Of a stretch of DNA of 64,000 nucleotides, positions 29,385-39,161 are shown one piece after another. How positions within the stretch are numbered: the stretch's first letter is position 1; each line of letters opens with the position of its first letter. The position numbers were made by a program, and so were the translations under genes. The notes under the pieces were generated by a model. It had not been told where the DNA came from and did not search any database. It saw only the letters and a list, made by a program, of their open reading frames with translations. This DNA is from Dehalococcoidia bacterium (GTDB lineage Bacteria > Chloroflexota > Dehalococcoidia > Lucifugimonadales > Australimonadaceae): positions 21,880 to 85,879 of the forward strand of contig JAKUPZ010000008.1 in the NCBI GenBank assembly GCA_022449765.1, written 5' to 3'.

Positions 29385-31103
29385 ATGCTCCTAGAATTAA
29401 ATGTCAAAAATTTAGCAATAATTCATGAAACTAACCTTACGTTTGGACCAGGATTTAACGTAATTACTGGAGAAACTGGTGCAGGCAAATCGTTGCTTAT
29501 AGACGCCCTTGAGTTTGCTTTAGGAGAAAATTCCAATCGTGATCTCCTAAGAAATCAAACTGATTCGACTAGTGTAGAAGCAGTATTTTCCATTGCAACA
29601 GCATCACAGCTTCATTATTTGGAAACTGAATTTGACATAAATTGCGAAGCAGATGGCTTACTTGTTATTTTTCGGAAATTGCACATTGAAGGGAAAATTA
29701 TTTCTAAAATTAATGGGCAAACTGTTACTGTAAAAACATTAAAGGCCATAGCTAATATGCTCGTGGATATACATGGCCAAGGAAGTCACCTTTCCTTAGT
29801 GAAGACTACCCGTCAATTGCAGATAATTGACACTTACAAAGGGCTGAATGGCGAAAAAAAGTCTTTTGAAAAAGAATTGCAAAGAGCGATCAGTCTACAA
29901 AAAGAAATTAATTCCATAGCAGAACTAATTAGCCAGAATAACGAAAAAGCTGACCTCTATAAATTTCAGTTAAAAGAAATTGAGGAGTCTAATATCAAGC
30001 CTGATGAGGAGTCCCAGTTGGTGGTAGAAAGGGAGTTGTTATACCACTCAACAAAAATCATTGACGCATTAGAAAATGCTTATCTCACGCTACAAGAACA
30101 AGACAATAACATCATTGATCTTCTAGGACACGTAGTCACTCCGCTTCAGCGATCTCCAGATCCTTCGGGCTTTATCCAGCCGAAGGTAGAAGTACTCCTT
30201 AGCCTTACGGAGCAGCTTAAAGAAGTATCTCGCGAACTAAAGTCCCTTAGTGCCGGAATTGAAGCAGATGAAGCACGGTTGGATTACGTTGAAAACAGGA
30301 TCGAGTTACTCAAAAACTTAAAACGAAAATATGGACAAAGTGAAGAACAGGTAAATCAATATGCGAACCAATTACGAGACCATGTTCAAGGGAATGATGA
30401 TTTGCTGCAAGATCAAAAAATTCTAAATTTATCCATGAAAGAAGCTTGGCAATTAGCAGGAGAGATCGCTATTAGCCTCTCCGATGGTCGGAAAAAAGCT
30501 GCTAAGTCTCTCGAAGAAATAACCCAACTTGAACTTGCTGAAGTTGGACTGGAAAATTCTGTATTCCAAATAGAAATTAGTAACAGCCCGTCCACAACGG
30601 GCTTACCGAGTCCTAATGGTCAGCAATTTACATACAATAGCGATGGGATCGATTTCATTAATTTTCTACTTAGCCCAAATCCTGGAGAGCAGTTAAAACC
30701 TTTATCGAAGATTGCCTCTGGAGGGGAAACTTCTCGGGCAATGCTTGCCATAAACAGTGCTATCCAGAGTAACTCAACCTACTCCACTCTAATTTTTGAT
30801 GAAATTGATTCTGGTATTGGCGGACGTTTGGCTGAAATTGTAGGTAAGAAATTATGGTCGTCATCAAAGCAAGCCCAAGTTTTATGCGTAACCCATTTAC
30901 CTCAAATTGCAGCATTTGCAGATAGCCATTTCAAAGTGGAAAAATCAGTAATTAATGAACGAACATACGCAAGCGCCAGGGAGCTTAACAAGAAGGAAAA
31001 GATTTTAGAATTAGCAGAGATGCTAGGGAATAATGAATCAGAAACTCTAGCAAATGCAGCTGCCGAACTACTGACTAACGCAACAAGTACCAAAAATAAT
31101 TAA
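29385..31103 (+). CDS. recN: DNA repair protein RecN
   Basis: SMC-like with Walker A (GETGAGKS), a long coiled coil, a signature motif (SGGETSR) and Walker B (LIFDEIDSG). The start is taken at the ATG giving MLLELNVKNLAII. The TTG at 29373 is an alternative. Confidence 0.93.
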   Translation: MLLELNVKNLAIIHETNLTFGPGFNVITGETGAGKSLLIDALEFALGENSNRDLLRNQTDSTSVEAVFSIATASQLHYLETEFDINCEADGLLVIFRKLHIEGKIISKINGQTVTVKTLKAIANMLVDIHGQGSHLSLVKTTRQLQIIDTYKGLNGEKKSFEKELQRAISLQKEINSIAELISQNNEKADLYKFQLKEIEESNIKPDEESQLVVERELLYHSTKIIDALENAYLTLQEQDNNIIDLLGHVVTPLQRSPDPSGFIQPKVEVLLSLTEQLKEVSRELKSLSAGIEADEARLDYVENRIELLKNLKRKYGQSEEQVNQYANQLRDHVQGNDDLLQDQKILNLSMKEAWQLAGEIAISLSDGRKKAAKSLEEITQLELAEVGLENSVFQIEISNSPSTTGLPSPNGQQFTYNSDGIDFINFLLSPNPGEQLKPLSKIASGGETSRAMLAINSAIQSNSTYSTLIFDEIDSGIGGRLAEIVGKKLWSSSKQAQVLCVTHLPQIAAFADSHFKVEKSVINERTYASARELNKKEKILELAEMLGNNESETLANAAAELLTNATSTKNN

Positions 31104-31999
31104 GTCGATCTTGCATTGTCGCCATCTATGGCTGCATTCATTGCTGCAATAGCGACTTCAATTTGACCTTCATCAGGCTTGCGTGTGGTTAGTGATTGCA
31201 ATGCTAGACTCGGAATAGTACCCATTCTTACAAGTACATTAGAACTATGCCTTGCATTAAATCGAATAACCTCATAGGCAATTCCGGCAATCACAGGAAT
31301 CAAAACTATTCTAGATGCAATTCGCAATGGCAAATCAGGAGTACCAAGAAAAACAAAAATAATAATCGAGACAATCATTACGGTGAGCAAAAAAGCAGTC
31401 CCACAACGAGGATGAGCGGCAGGGAAAAGTCTCAAATTAGTACTATTCAAGTTCAAGGATGCCTCATGTGCATGCACTGCCATATGCTCAGCGGCATGAT
31501 ACCCAAATACTCGGCGAATGCTAGGCATAAACCCGATTAATCCCAAATAGGCAAAGAAAATTGCAAGCCTAAGTACTCCCTCACCTGTATTGCTTAGAAC
31601 CGAACTCTCTGTGAATTTATCGATAAAACCATGAGTAAGCAAAAGAGGCAGGACAAAGAAAAGTGCAATCCCGAGGCCAAGTGAAAAGCTCAGAGTTAAT
31701 GCCATGGTCCATGCAGGAATAGGCTCATCGTCGTCTTCTTCACCCACCGAAACTTGGGCAGAATACGATAAAGCTCGCATACCAACTACCAATGACTCTG
31801 ACAACACCAAAATCCCTCGAATAAATGGTATTTGCCTAAACCGATTAGTGCTCCAATTTGGAACGTCGCGAACTATTGTTTTAATCACCCCATCAGGGTG
31901 CCTTGCGGCAACTGTATACACATGGCGGCCACGTATCATCACGCCTTCGATAACAGCCTGACCACCGTATATAGATTTAGCTTGTACTTCTCTATTCAT
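31100..31999 (-). CDS. DUF1385-family membrane protein
   Basis: N-terminal GGQAVIEGVMIRG, then several TM helices and AAEHMAVHA. The family is often linked to rpmE/prfA/prmC. Confidence 0.8.
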   Translation of the reverse strand: MNREVQAKSIYGGQAVIEGVMIRGRHVYTVAARHPDGVIKTIVRDVPNWSTNRFRQIPFIRGILVLSESLVVGMRALSYSAQVSVGEEDDDEPIPAWTMALTLSFSLGLGIALFFVLPLLLTHGFIDKFTESSVLSNTGEGVLRLAIFFAYLGLIGFMPSIRRVFGYHAAEHMAVHAHEASLNLNSTNLRLFPAAHPRCGTAFLLTVMIVSIIIFVFLGTPDLPLRIASRIVLIPVIAGIAYEVIRFNARHSSNVLVRMGTIPSLALQSLTTRKPDEGQIEVAIAAMNAAIDGDNARST

Positions 32000-32047
32000 T
32001 TAAGAAAAAACTACCCCTCGCTCAATAAAAGGGCAGCTGAAATCATA

Positions 32048-32251
32048 TCACTCAAGGTTAAAGCGTCTTCTGAGACGTTCGACTCGACCCTCTGTATCAA
32101 CAATTTTCTGCTCACCTGTGAAAAACGGGTGGCATGCTCCACAAATTTCTATTTTGATCTGTGGCTTTGTTGCTCCCGTAACAAAAGTATTACCGCAGGA
32201 ACAAGTAACCACTGCCTCAGCGTAGTATGTAGGATGAATATCTGCTTTCAT
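32048..32251 (-). CDS. rpmE: 50S ribosomal protein L31 (Zn-binding type)
   Basis: [10 protein letters not shown] .. CSCGN .. [10 protein letters not shown]. Confidence 0.95.
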   Translation of the reverse strand: MKADIHPTYYAEAVVTCSCGNTFVTGATKPQIKIEICGACHPFFTGEQKIVDTEGRVERLRRRFNLE

Positions 32252-32271
32252 TATCTTTCCTATAAATACCT

Positions 32272-32526
32272 TTAGACCGCAACTACATTAGCTCGTTTTC
32301 TTAATTTAGTGGCATGGTCGAATTTAATTTCACCATCTACAAGAGCAAACAAAGTGAAATCTCGACCCATTCCAACATTGATACCAGGATATATCTTAGT
32401 ACCTCTTTGGCGAGCAATTATAGTGCCCGCTTTTACCTGCTGCCCTGCAAATCTTTTGACGCCCAAACGCTTACCTTGGCTATCGCGCCCATTACGACTA
32501 CTTCCGCCAGCTTTCTTATGCGCCAT
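32272..32526 (-). CDS. rpmA: 50S ribosomal protein L27
   Basis: [24 protein letters not shown]. The start is at the internal ATG (32526) of the longer track ORF. There is no N-terminal propeptide. Confidence 0.95.
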   Translation of the reverse strand: MAHKKAGGSSRNGRDSQGKRLGVKRFAGQQVKAGTIIARQRGTKIYPGINVGMGRDFTLFALVDGEIKFDHATKLRKRANVVAV

Positions 32527-32884
32527 TGGTAGCTCTCTTTCTTCTCTTAGGGGCCTGAGGAGATTCACCTTCGGCAACAATTTGCTTAATTGAAAGCTTA
32601 GTCACGCTTTGCCGATGGCCATTCTTAACATGGTACCTAGTTTTAGGTTTGTATTTGAACACAATAACTTTATCGGCGCGGCCCTGCTGAGCAACCTCTG
32701 CGACCACTTTTGCACCTTGAACCATTGGCTGTCCAATAGATACATTCGAGTCCTTAGCAATTAGCAGCACTTGATCAAGCTCAACAGTCGAGCCTTCATC
32801 ACCTTCGAGTTTCTCCACGGTAATCAAATCACCTGGCTGAACTCGGTATTGCTTTCCACCTGTTTGTATTATTGCGTATTCCAT
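32516..32884 (-). CDS. rplU: 50S ribosomal protein L21
   Basis: [15 protein letters not shown], with a short basic C-terminal extension. Confidence 0.95.
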   Translation of the reverse strand: MEYAIIQTGGKQYRVQPGDLITVEKLEGDEGSTVELDQVLLIAKDSNVSIGQPMVQGAKVVAEVAQQGRADKVIVFKYKPKTRYHVKNGHRQSVTKLSIKQIVAEGESPQAPKRRKRATNGA

Positions 32885-32910
32885 GACAACTAGAGAATTT
32901 TACGTGAGTA

Positions 32911-32971
32911 TCTCTCGCAGAGCAAGTAGGGCACCAAATTGGCGCCCTACTTAGATGCTGCAAAGCGAGAG
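32911..32971 (-). other. Extended two-tier stem-loop between the gyrA stop and the rplU start
   Basis: The inner stem is GTAGGGC(A/G)CC around the loop AAATT. Outer pairing is TCTC..GCAG with CTGC..GAGA. No U-tract follows on either strand. Confidence 0.5.
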
Positions 32972-32983
32972 AAGAGTAGTTTA

Positions 32984-35638
32984 TTACTCTGATTCGATCT
33001 CCTCTTCTGGTTCCTCTTCTGTAGGTAATTCCATCACCAGTTGAGATTGCGCGTCTTCTTCATCCTCTATAGTTACTTCCACCTCATCAGTTTCTTCGCT
33101 TTCTTCGTCTAACGATTCTGCTTGAGGCGAAGTAATTTCCTTAGTCTTTACTGGTGTCGTAGAGATTTGCTCAAAGTCTTCCCACGTACGCTCTTTAAAT
33201 GCACTCATTGAAATCACCCGATCGTCTTCAGACAATTTTGTCATCACCTGAACACCTTGTGTTGCCCGACCCATTGATCTAATTTCCATTATGGGGGTGC
33301 GGAAAACCATGGCTTTTTGAGAACCTACCATAATTTCCTCTACATCAGGGCCCGTTACAACAGCAGCAGCGATTGGGCCAGTTTTGTCCGTTATTTTCAT
33401 CGCGATTACCCCTTGGACATTACGCCCCGTGATTCGGAATTTCTCAACTGCAGTGCGCTTGCCATAACCCCTACTAGAAAGAATCATTAACTGCGCATCA
33501 GGGGTTGCCACATCCATGGCAATGACGTGGTCATCATCTATTAATTTGATCCCTCTCACGCCACCAGCAGTACGACCTTGTCGAATAGTAACGTCGTCAA
33601 TATTGAATTGAACTCCCTTACCGTTCCTACTAACAAGAATTGCGGTCATACCATCGCTAACTAGCCTAGCTGTAAGCAAGCTATCATCTTTTTCCAGATC
33701 AAATGCAGCTATTCCGCTCCTTCGTATGTTAGCGAATTTGCTTAAATGCATTTTTTTAATTTTCCCTTTTCGCGTAGCCATGAAAATATATTGATCCGCA
33801 TTAGGGTCCGAAATATTGACTACTGCTGTAACTATTTCTTCATTCGGATTGATCGTGTCAATCAAATTTTGGATGGGTGTGCCACGCGATGTCCTGGAAG
33901 AATCCTGAGATACTTCAAACACTCGTTTTCTATATATCTTCCCCTTATCCGTGAAAAATAGTAGCCAATCATGCGTATCAGCAACAATCAATTGCTGAAC
34001 AGCATCTCCTTCTCGGGGCTGCTGCCCTCTAACGCCTTTACCCTTCCGGTGTTGCAGTCGATAAAGTGCAATAGGTAATCGCTTAATATACCCTCGATCA
34101 CTTAACGTAAATACCACATCAGCGTGAGGAGTTAATTCTTCTCGTGACTGGTCTCGTGCCTCTTCGTCAGATATTTGCGTGCGCCTATCTTGCCCAAAAT
34201 TCTTGCGGAGCTCAGAATTCTCCAATTTAATTACTGCTAATACTTTAGAAGCGCTCGATAGTAATTCCTCCAGCTCAGCAATTTTTTTCATTAAATCTTG
34301 ATATTCATTCTCAATCCGCTCTCTTTCCAAAGCCGCTAATCGGCGCAGTTGCATATCGAGTATGGCTTGCGCCTGTTGGTCAGTTAGGCCAAATTTTACG
34401 GTCAAACCATTCCTGGCATTTTCTACGTCTGGAGACTGCCTTATAAGCGCAATAACATCATCCAAATTTTCTAAAGCAACTCTCAATCCTTCGAGGATAT
34501 GTGCACGCTCTCTGGCTCGTGCCAAATCGTATTCGGCTCTACGCCGCACGACTGTTTTCCTAAATTCAATGAAGTGCTGAAGAGATGATTTTAGGCTCAG
34601 GATCCTTGGCTGCCCGTCAACCAAAGCGACCATGTTCACATGAAATGCACTCTGCATTTGTGTATGCTGGTATAGATTATTTAATACAACATTTGCTGCA
34701 GCATTCCTCTGTAATTCAATTACGATTCGCATTCCTTCACGATCAGATTCATCTCTGATCTCAGAAATCCCCTCAATTTTTTTATCCTTCGAAAGGAAAG
34801 CTATTTTTTCTATAAGAGCAGCTTTATTAACTTGATAGGGCAGCTCGTTGACTATAATCCTCTGGCGAGAACCGCTTTTTTCCATATCCTCAAAATAAGC
34901 CGTAGCACGAGTCATTATCCGACCGTGGCCAGTATGATAGGCTTGGGAAATACCCTCACGGCCCATAATGGTGGCTGCAGTAGGGAAATCAGGGCCCTGA
35001 ACAAATTGAATCAATTCGTCTGCCGTAGCTTCAGGATTCTCAATCAGATGATCGATAGCATCACAAACCTCCCTAAGGTTATGAGGAGGTATATTTGTTG
35101 CCATTCCGACCGCTATACCTGAAGAACCATTAATCAAAAAACCAGGTATCCGCGACGGGAGCACAGTTGGTTCACGCTGTGAACCATCATAGTTATCCAC
35201 AAAATCAATAGTATCTCGGTCAATGTCCTGAAGGAGTTGCTCAGCAATTGGAGCAAGCCTTGCTTCTGTATAGCGCATAGCCGCGGGAGGATCATCATCT
35301 ACGGACCCAAAATTCCCCTGTCCATCAACCAAGGTATGCCGCATCGAAAAATCCTGCGCCATTCTCACCAAAGCGTCATAAACAGATGAATCACCGTGAG
35401 GATGGTATTTACCAAGGACTTCACCTACAACTGCTGCGCTTTTTTTGTAAGAAGAACCGGGGCGAAGACCCATTCCCTGCATTGCATAAAGAATACGTCG
35501 ATGGACAGGCTTCAAGCCGTCTCTTACGTCTGGCAATGCTCTCGAGACGATCACGCTCATCGCATAATCCAGATAAGCACTTCTCATCTCTTCTTCAATT
35601 CGAACCGGCCTTACATTGCCCGAATTACCAGTTACCAT
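32984..35638 (-). CDS. gyrA: DNA gyrase subunit A
   Basis: [18 protein letters not shown], the active-site Tyr region (AMRYTEARL), a beta-pinwheel CTD and an acidic tail. The ATG at 35638 lies 5 nt after AAGGAG. Confidence 0.96.
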   Translation of the reverse strand: MVTGNSGNVRPVRIEEEMRSAYLDYAMSVIVSRALPDVRDGLKPVHRRILYAMQGMGLRPGSSYKKSAAVVGEVLGKYHPHGDSSVYDALVRMAQDFSMRHTLVDGQGNFGSVDDDPPAAMRYTEARLAPIAEQLLQDIDRDTIDFVDNYDGSQREPTVLPSRIPGFLINGSSGIAVGMATNIPPHNLREVCDAIDHLIENPEATADELIQFVQGPDFPTAATIMGREGISQAYHTGHGRIMTRATAYFEDMEKSGSRQRIIVNELPYQVNKAALIEKIAFLSKDKKIEGISEIRDESDREGMRIVIELQRNAAANVVLNNLYQHTQMQSAFHVNMVALVDGQPRILSLKSSLQHFIEFRKTVVRRRAEYDLARARERAHILEGLRVALENLDDVIALIRQSPDVENARNGLTVKFGLTDQQAQAILDMQLRRLAALERERIENEYQDLMKKIAELEELLSSASKVLAVIKLENSELRKNFGQDRRTQISDEEARDQSREELTPHADVVFTLSDRGYIKRLPIALYRLQHRKGKGVRGQQPREGDAVQQLIVADTHDWLLFFTDKGKIYRKRVFEVSQDSSRTSRGTPIQNLIDTINPNEEIVTAVVNISDPNADQYIFMATRKGKIKKMHLSKFANIRRSGIAAFDLEKDDSLLTARLVSDGMTAILVSRNGKGVQFNIDDVTIRQGRTAGGVRGIKLIDDDHVIAMDVATPDAQLMILSSRGYGKRTAVEKFRITGRNVQGVIAMKITDKTGPIAAAVVTGPDVEEIMVGSQKAMVFRTPIMEIRSMGRATQGVQVMTKLSEDDRVISMSAFKERTWEDFEQISTTPVKTKEITSPQAESLDEESEETDEVEVTIEDEEDAQSQLVMELPTEEEPEEEIESE

Positions 35639-35723
35639 CCTGGCTCCTTTCATCAACTGAGGATCAATACTAGCAACATCTAGTACCAGTGATCCAAAAC
35701 AACTCTATATATAGCTACAATTG

Positions 35724-35732
35724 AGTATAACA
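35724..35732 (-). promoter_or_regulatory. Candidate extended -10 element (TGTTATACT) for gyrA
   Basis: The minus strand reads TGTTATACT about 86 nt upstream of the gyrA ATG. There is no TSS evidence. Confidence 0.35.
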
Positions 35733-35737
35733 CATAC

Positions 35738-35755
35738 CGCGCGCGCGCACGCGTA
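35738..35755. repeat. Alternating pyrimidine-purine tract, (CG)5-CA-CGCG-TA
   Basis: Directly visible as cgcgcgcgcgcacgcgta, in an otherwise AT-rich intergenic region. Confidence 0.95.
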
Positions 35756-35765
35756 AGCAGACACT

Positions 35766-35785
35766 CCTAAATATCTATATTTAGG
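35766..35785. repeat. Perfect 9-bp inverted repeat CCTAAATAT-CT-ATATTTAGG
   Basis: Directly visible, between the upstream operon end (35873) and the gyrA promoter region. Confidence 0.9.
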
Positions 35786-35872
35786 CTATGTCCATTTTTT
35801 CCATAGTCAGTATCTGAAGAAATCTACAGGCTCAATTGATTTTATAGGCCAAACAGATGTTAAATTAAACGC

Positions 35873-36409
35873 TTATATGCTTCCCTTATAAATGGCAACA
35901 GGAATTCTTGACCATCGCAGATGCTCAATGAGTAATGTGTCGCCCGGATCAAACAATCTATAAGTAGCTAAATCTATCGGAAATCTAACTGGCCCCAGTG
36001 TAGTTACATAAGGCTTAGGAGGAAGCGGGTTAATTCTATTCCTTCTGACTATAGGGCCTAACCTCCCAGGGACAAAACCATGCCTTGTCCAGAGTTCAAA
36101 CCCTCCTAATACTGAGCGAGTGAAGAAGAGCACTGCGATCATTAAGAAAACGGATGAAATAGGGAAAGCCCCAAGCTGTAGGCCGAAAAGCTGCGAAACA
36201 ACCAACAGTGCAGTTGCAGTAAACGCTAATGCTAAATTACGAGTTGCAGGTCTTATTAAATCCTTACGAACTGACGTCCACTCCAATTTAAATTGCATAT
36301 TGCAATGTATACACGAAGCAGCAATCGCATCCGAACCACGTTTAAGATATAAATGTCGGCAATTACCACTGCTATCAATCTGCCCCGATCCCTTTTGGTT
36401 CATTTTCAT
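35873..36409 (-). CDS. Hypothetical membrane protein with an N-terminal zinc-ribbon-like motif
   Basis: CRH..x14..CIHC, then two hydrophobic helices (LALAFTATALLVVSQLF, ISSVFLMIAVLFF) and a roughly 90-aa C-terminal domain. The start at MKMNQ (36409) abuts the upstream gene stop. Confidence 0.55.
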   Translation of the reverse strand: MKMNQKGSGQIDSSGNCRHLYLKRGSDAIAASCIHCNMQFKLEWTSVRKDLIRPATRNLALAFTATALLVVSQLFGLQLGAFPISSVFLMIAVLFFTRSVLGGFELWTRHGFVPGRLGPIVRRNRINPLPPKPYVTTLGPVRFPIDLATYRLFDPGDTLLIEHLRWSRIPVAIYKGSI

Positions 36410-36410
36410 C

Positions 36411-37109
36411 TTACAAAGAACCCCGTTCATAAAATTCTGCCCAATTTATTAGCCAGTCAAATAGCTTCAAAAAGCTTTTAGGTACTTCTTTTTCACGCTC
36501 AGGATGGCATTGAACTCCTATCAGCAACGGGTAATCCGGGCTCTCTAGCGCTTCAATGATACCGTCATCCGGAGAATAAGCTGATGCTAACAAAGAAGGT
36601 GCCCGTTGCGCTTCCTTCAAGCCCTGGTGGTGCAAACTATTAACACGGTATATGGCTCCAGCCCCAATAATTGCTCCAAGCCTGCTTCCAGGGGAAACAT
36701 ACGTGCTGTGAAGGAGAGGTTTTTGATCATCTTGATCTAGAGGGTCTCTGTGATTTGGTATGTCTTGGAGCAGCTTGCCGCCGAAAGCTACATTGATGAG
36801 CTGCATTCCTCGACATATACCGAGAACTGGAATCTCACAACTTATTGCGTACTTCAAGAGTGCCAATTCCATATCGTCACGTGCACGAAACGTTTCTTCA
36901 ATTTCAATTTTGGGCTCTTCACCATAAAGTGAAGGCTCGAGATCATACCCCCCGCACAACAGTAAGCCACTAGCACTTATGAAGCTATCTTCCGCGCTGA
37001 TAAAGCTCTTAGGTGTAAGAACTTTAGCTTGCCCTCCCCTTGATTGAATTGAAGCTGTGTATGGAATTGCTTCGCGTGGTCCCGTAGCGGTAACAACTAT
37101 ATTCGGCAC
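36411..37109 (-). CDS. Class I glutamine amidotransferase / peptidase C26 (gamma-glutamyl-GABA hydrolase-like)
   Basis: Nucleophile elbow GICRGMQLINVAFGG and the His context VQCHPE. Confidence 0.85.
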   Translation of the reverse strand: MPNIVVTATGPREAIPYTASIQSRGGQAKVLTPKSFISAEDSFISASGLLLCGGYDLEPSLYGEEPKIEIEETFRARDDMELALLKYAISCEIPVLGICRGMQLINVAFGGKLLQDIPNHRDPLDQDDQKPLLHSTYVSPGSRLGAIIGAGAIYRVNSLHHQGLKEAQRAPSLLASAYSPDDGIIEALESPDYPLLIGVQCHPEREKEVPKSFLKLFDWLINWAEFYERGSL

Positions 37110-37111
37110 TA

Positions 37112-38101
37112 TTACAAAACACCTAATGCCTGTCCAAGGACGTGCGAAGTAGCATCCTCATCTAATAAACCTGAAAGGTAATTGATTTTTTCTGGATGCA
37201 TGACATTTACTCGCGAATGCAATGTTTCCAATAAGCTCATAGTTTGATGAGTGTCAGAGGAAACAGTAACAAGAGGTACCCCTAAATCTTCTGCCCTTTG
37301 GAAAACATATTGAGATGGAGTCTCACAATTTGTCAAAATCAATAAATTCAAAGGGAAGTTGAGAGCAGACATTTGTATATCGATACGCCCTCCTCTTACA
37401 ATCACTGCCTGGTTAGAGAAACGATTAAAATAATTCCCTCCCCATTCAGTAATAAGCCCCCCTATTAGTAAATGTTCAACAAGATCTTCATTTCTATCAG
37501 CATTGGCAAAGTATTTACCTTGGATATGCTCAACTATTTGAGCAACCGTAGGCGCAATGAGCACTCGCTTCTCTGGAATCACCTTGATCATACTAATTCC
37601 ATCAAGACTTAATTCGGGAAGCAATCTATTATCAACATCATTAGTTGAATATTTATGGCATTTATTTACGATAAGCCCGGTAAAATGATCTCCATAAGTA
37701 CGACTCCATTTTCGTACTTCTTCTCTATTTATAGATCGATCGTAACCGATCACTCCTAGTACTTTTGCATGCGTAGCATTGATAATGTCAACTTCAATTT
37801 CTGCTCTATTTTGTGGAGTTTCAGTGGAAGCTCCACCATCAATAACAATTACATCGTAAGACTGTTGCCAATCGCGCAATAATTCAATTTTTTCATCTCT
37901 TCCAGCCCCTAAAAATAATTCTGCTTCATTATTTGAAGGTAGCACACTATCTACAAAGGTTTTAATATCAGAGGCAGTTCCATCGGCTGCTGGTATCAAC
38001 AAAACTTTTTTCCCTGAATTTTTCCAAGATGTGGCCAATCCTACAGCCATAGCCGTTGTCCCAGACCCAGAAGAATAACCTACGATATATGCGATGCTCA
38101 T
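37112..38101 (-). CDS. Standalone BioD-like (Lys-less P-loop) plus DRTGG domain protein, resembling the N-terminal regulatory half of phosphotransacetylase
   Basis: N-terminal IVGYSSGSGTTAMAVGL is P-loop-like but lacks the Walker Lys. The C-terminal DRTGG-type segment is AVIVRGGRIDIQMSALN..LILTN. Confidence 0.6.
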   Translation of the reverse strand: MSIAYIVGYSSGSGTTAMAVGLATSWKNSGKKVLLIPAADGTASDIKTFVDSVLPSNNEAELFLGAGRDEKIELLRDWQQSYDVIVIDGGASTETPQNRAEIEVDIINATHAKVLGVIGYDRSINREEVRKWSRTYGDHFTGLIVNKCHKYSTNDVDNRLLPELSLDGISMIKVIPEKRVLIAPTVAQIVEHIQGKYFANADRNEDLVEHLLIGGLITEWGGNYFNRFSNQAVIVRGGRIDIQMSALNFPLNLLILTNCETPSQYVFQRAEDLGVPLVTVSSDTHQTMSLLETLHSRVNVMHPEKINYLSGLLDEDATSHVLGQALGVL

Positions 38102-38234
38102 AAGTGTGCGAACCTAATAAAAATATTGAAAAAGTCTCTCAATGAACAATTACCCTACCAGAATATTAATCCCATAAATACTATATCCACATCTAACTGT
38201 ATAATCTCATATCAGAATAAAGAGTGACAGGCAT

Positions 38235-39158
38235 ATGACAGATTCAATAACTGTAAATGTTCCAGCGACATCAGCTAATCTTGGCCCAGGCTTTGACTGC
38301 CTAGGCATAGCGCTTTCTTTATGGAATACCCTATCTATGAAAATCTCTGAATCTCCAGAGGTAATTATTCATGGAGAAGGTGAAGATTCACTTCCCATTG
38401 ATGAAAGTAATTTAATGTATACGGCAGGTAAGCGAATACTCAAAGAAGCTGGTCAAGAAGAGAAAGAACTTTCAATTGAAGCTTGGTTAGATATCCCATT
38501 AAGCAGAGGCCTTGGTAGTAGTTCAGCAGCAATCACAGGTAGCATTTATGGAGTAAATGCCCTACTGGGCTATCCTTTAACACCCCATCAATTATTACAA
38601 ATCGCAACAGAAATTGAAGGGCACCCTGATAATGTTGCACCTGCCTTAATGGGAGGAATGAGTATTGTCGTAACAGAAAATTCGCTTGTACATGCTGTCC
38701 CAGTAGAGCTTCCAGAGAACCTACAATGTGTGGCGTATATCCCTGATACTCCAATGTCCACTAGTAATGCGCGAAGTCTTCTAGAACCCCGCGTCCCAAG
38801 AGAGGATGCTATTTTCAACATAAGTAGAACCGCTTTGTTAGTTGCAGCACTTAGCCAAGGCGAATTTGAGTACTTAAAACTAGCAACACAAGATCGATTA
38901 CATCAACCTCATAGGCAACAGATATTTCGGCAAATGAAAGTCATTTTAGATCACGCGATTGCCGCAGGGGCAAAAGGTGCGTTCCTATCCGGTGCAGGAT
39001 CAACGATAATTGCATTCACTACTACTGAAGAGAATCGAGCCTTCACTATAGGCTATGAAATGGCAGATGCTGCAGACAAATCAGGATTAACAGGTACTTT
39101 TAAAGTACTTAGGCCGACAACACACGGGGCTAAATTAATAGAGCGTCCCACTGGATAA
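38235..39158 (+). CDS. thrB: Homoserine kinase
   Basis: GHMP kinase motifs (PATSANLGPGFD, GLGSSSAA). Confidence 0.93.
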   Translation: MTDSITVNVPATSANLGPGFDCLGIALSLWNTLSMKISESPEVIIHGEGEDSLPIDESNLMYTAGKRILKEAGQEEKELSIEAWLDIPLSRGLGSSSAAITGSIYGVNALLGYPLTPHQLLQIATEIEGHPDNVAPALMGGMSIVVTENSLVHAVPVELPENLQCVAYIPDTPMSTSNARSLLEPRVPREDAIFNISRTALLVAALSQGEFEYLKLATQDRLHQPHRQQIFRQMKVILDHAIAAGAKGAFLSGAGSTIIAFTTTEENRAFTIGYEMADAADKSGLTGTFKVLRPTTHGAKLIERPTG

Positions 39159-39161
39159 TTA

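Noticed and set aside
32984-33180. Roughly 60-aa poly-acidic C-terminal tail of GyrA
   Set aside because: Acidic GyrA tails are known in several bacteria and modulate DNA wrapping. The tail is unusual in length but not new biology.
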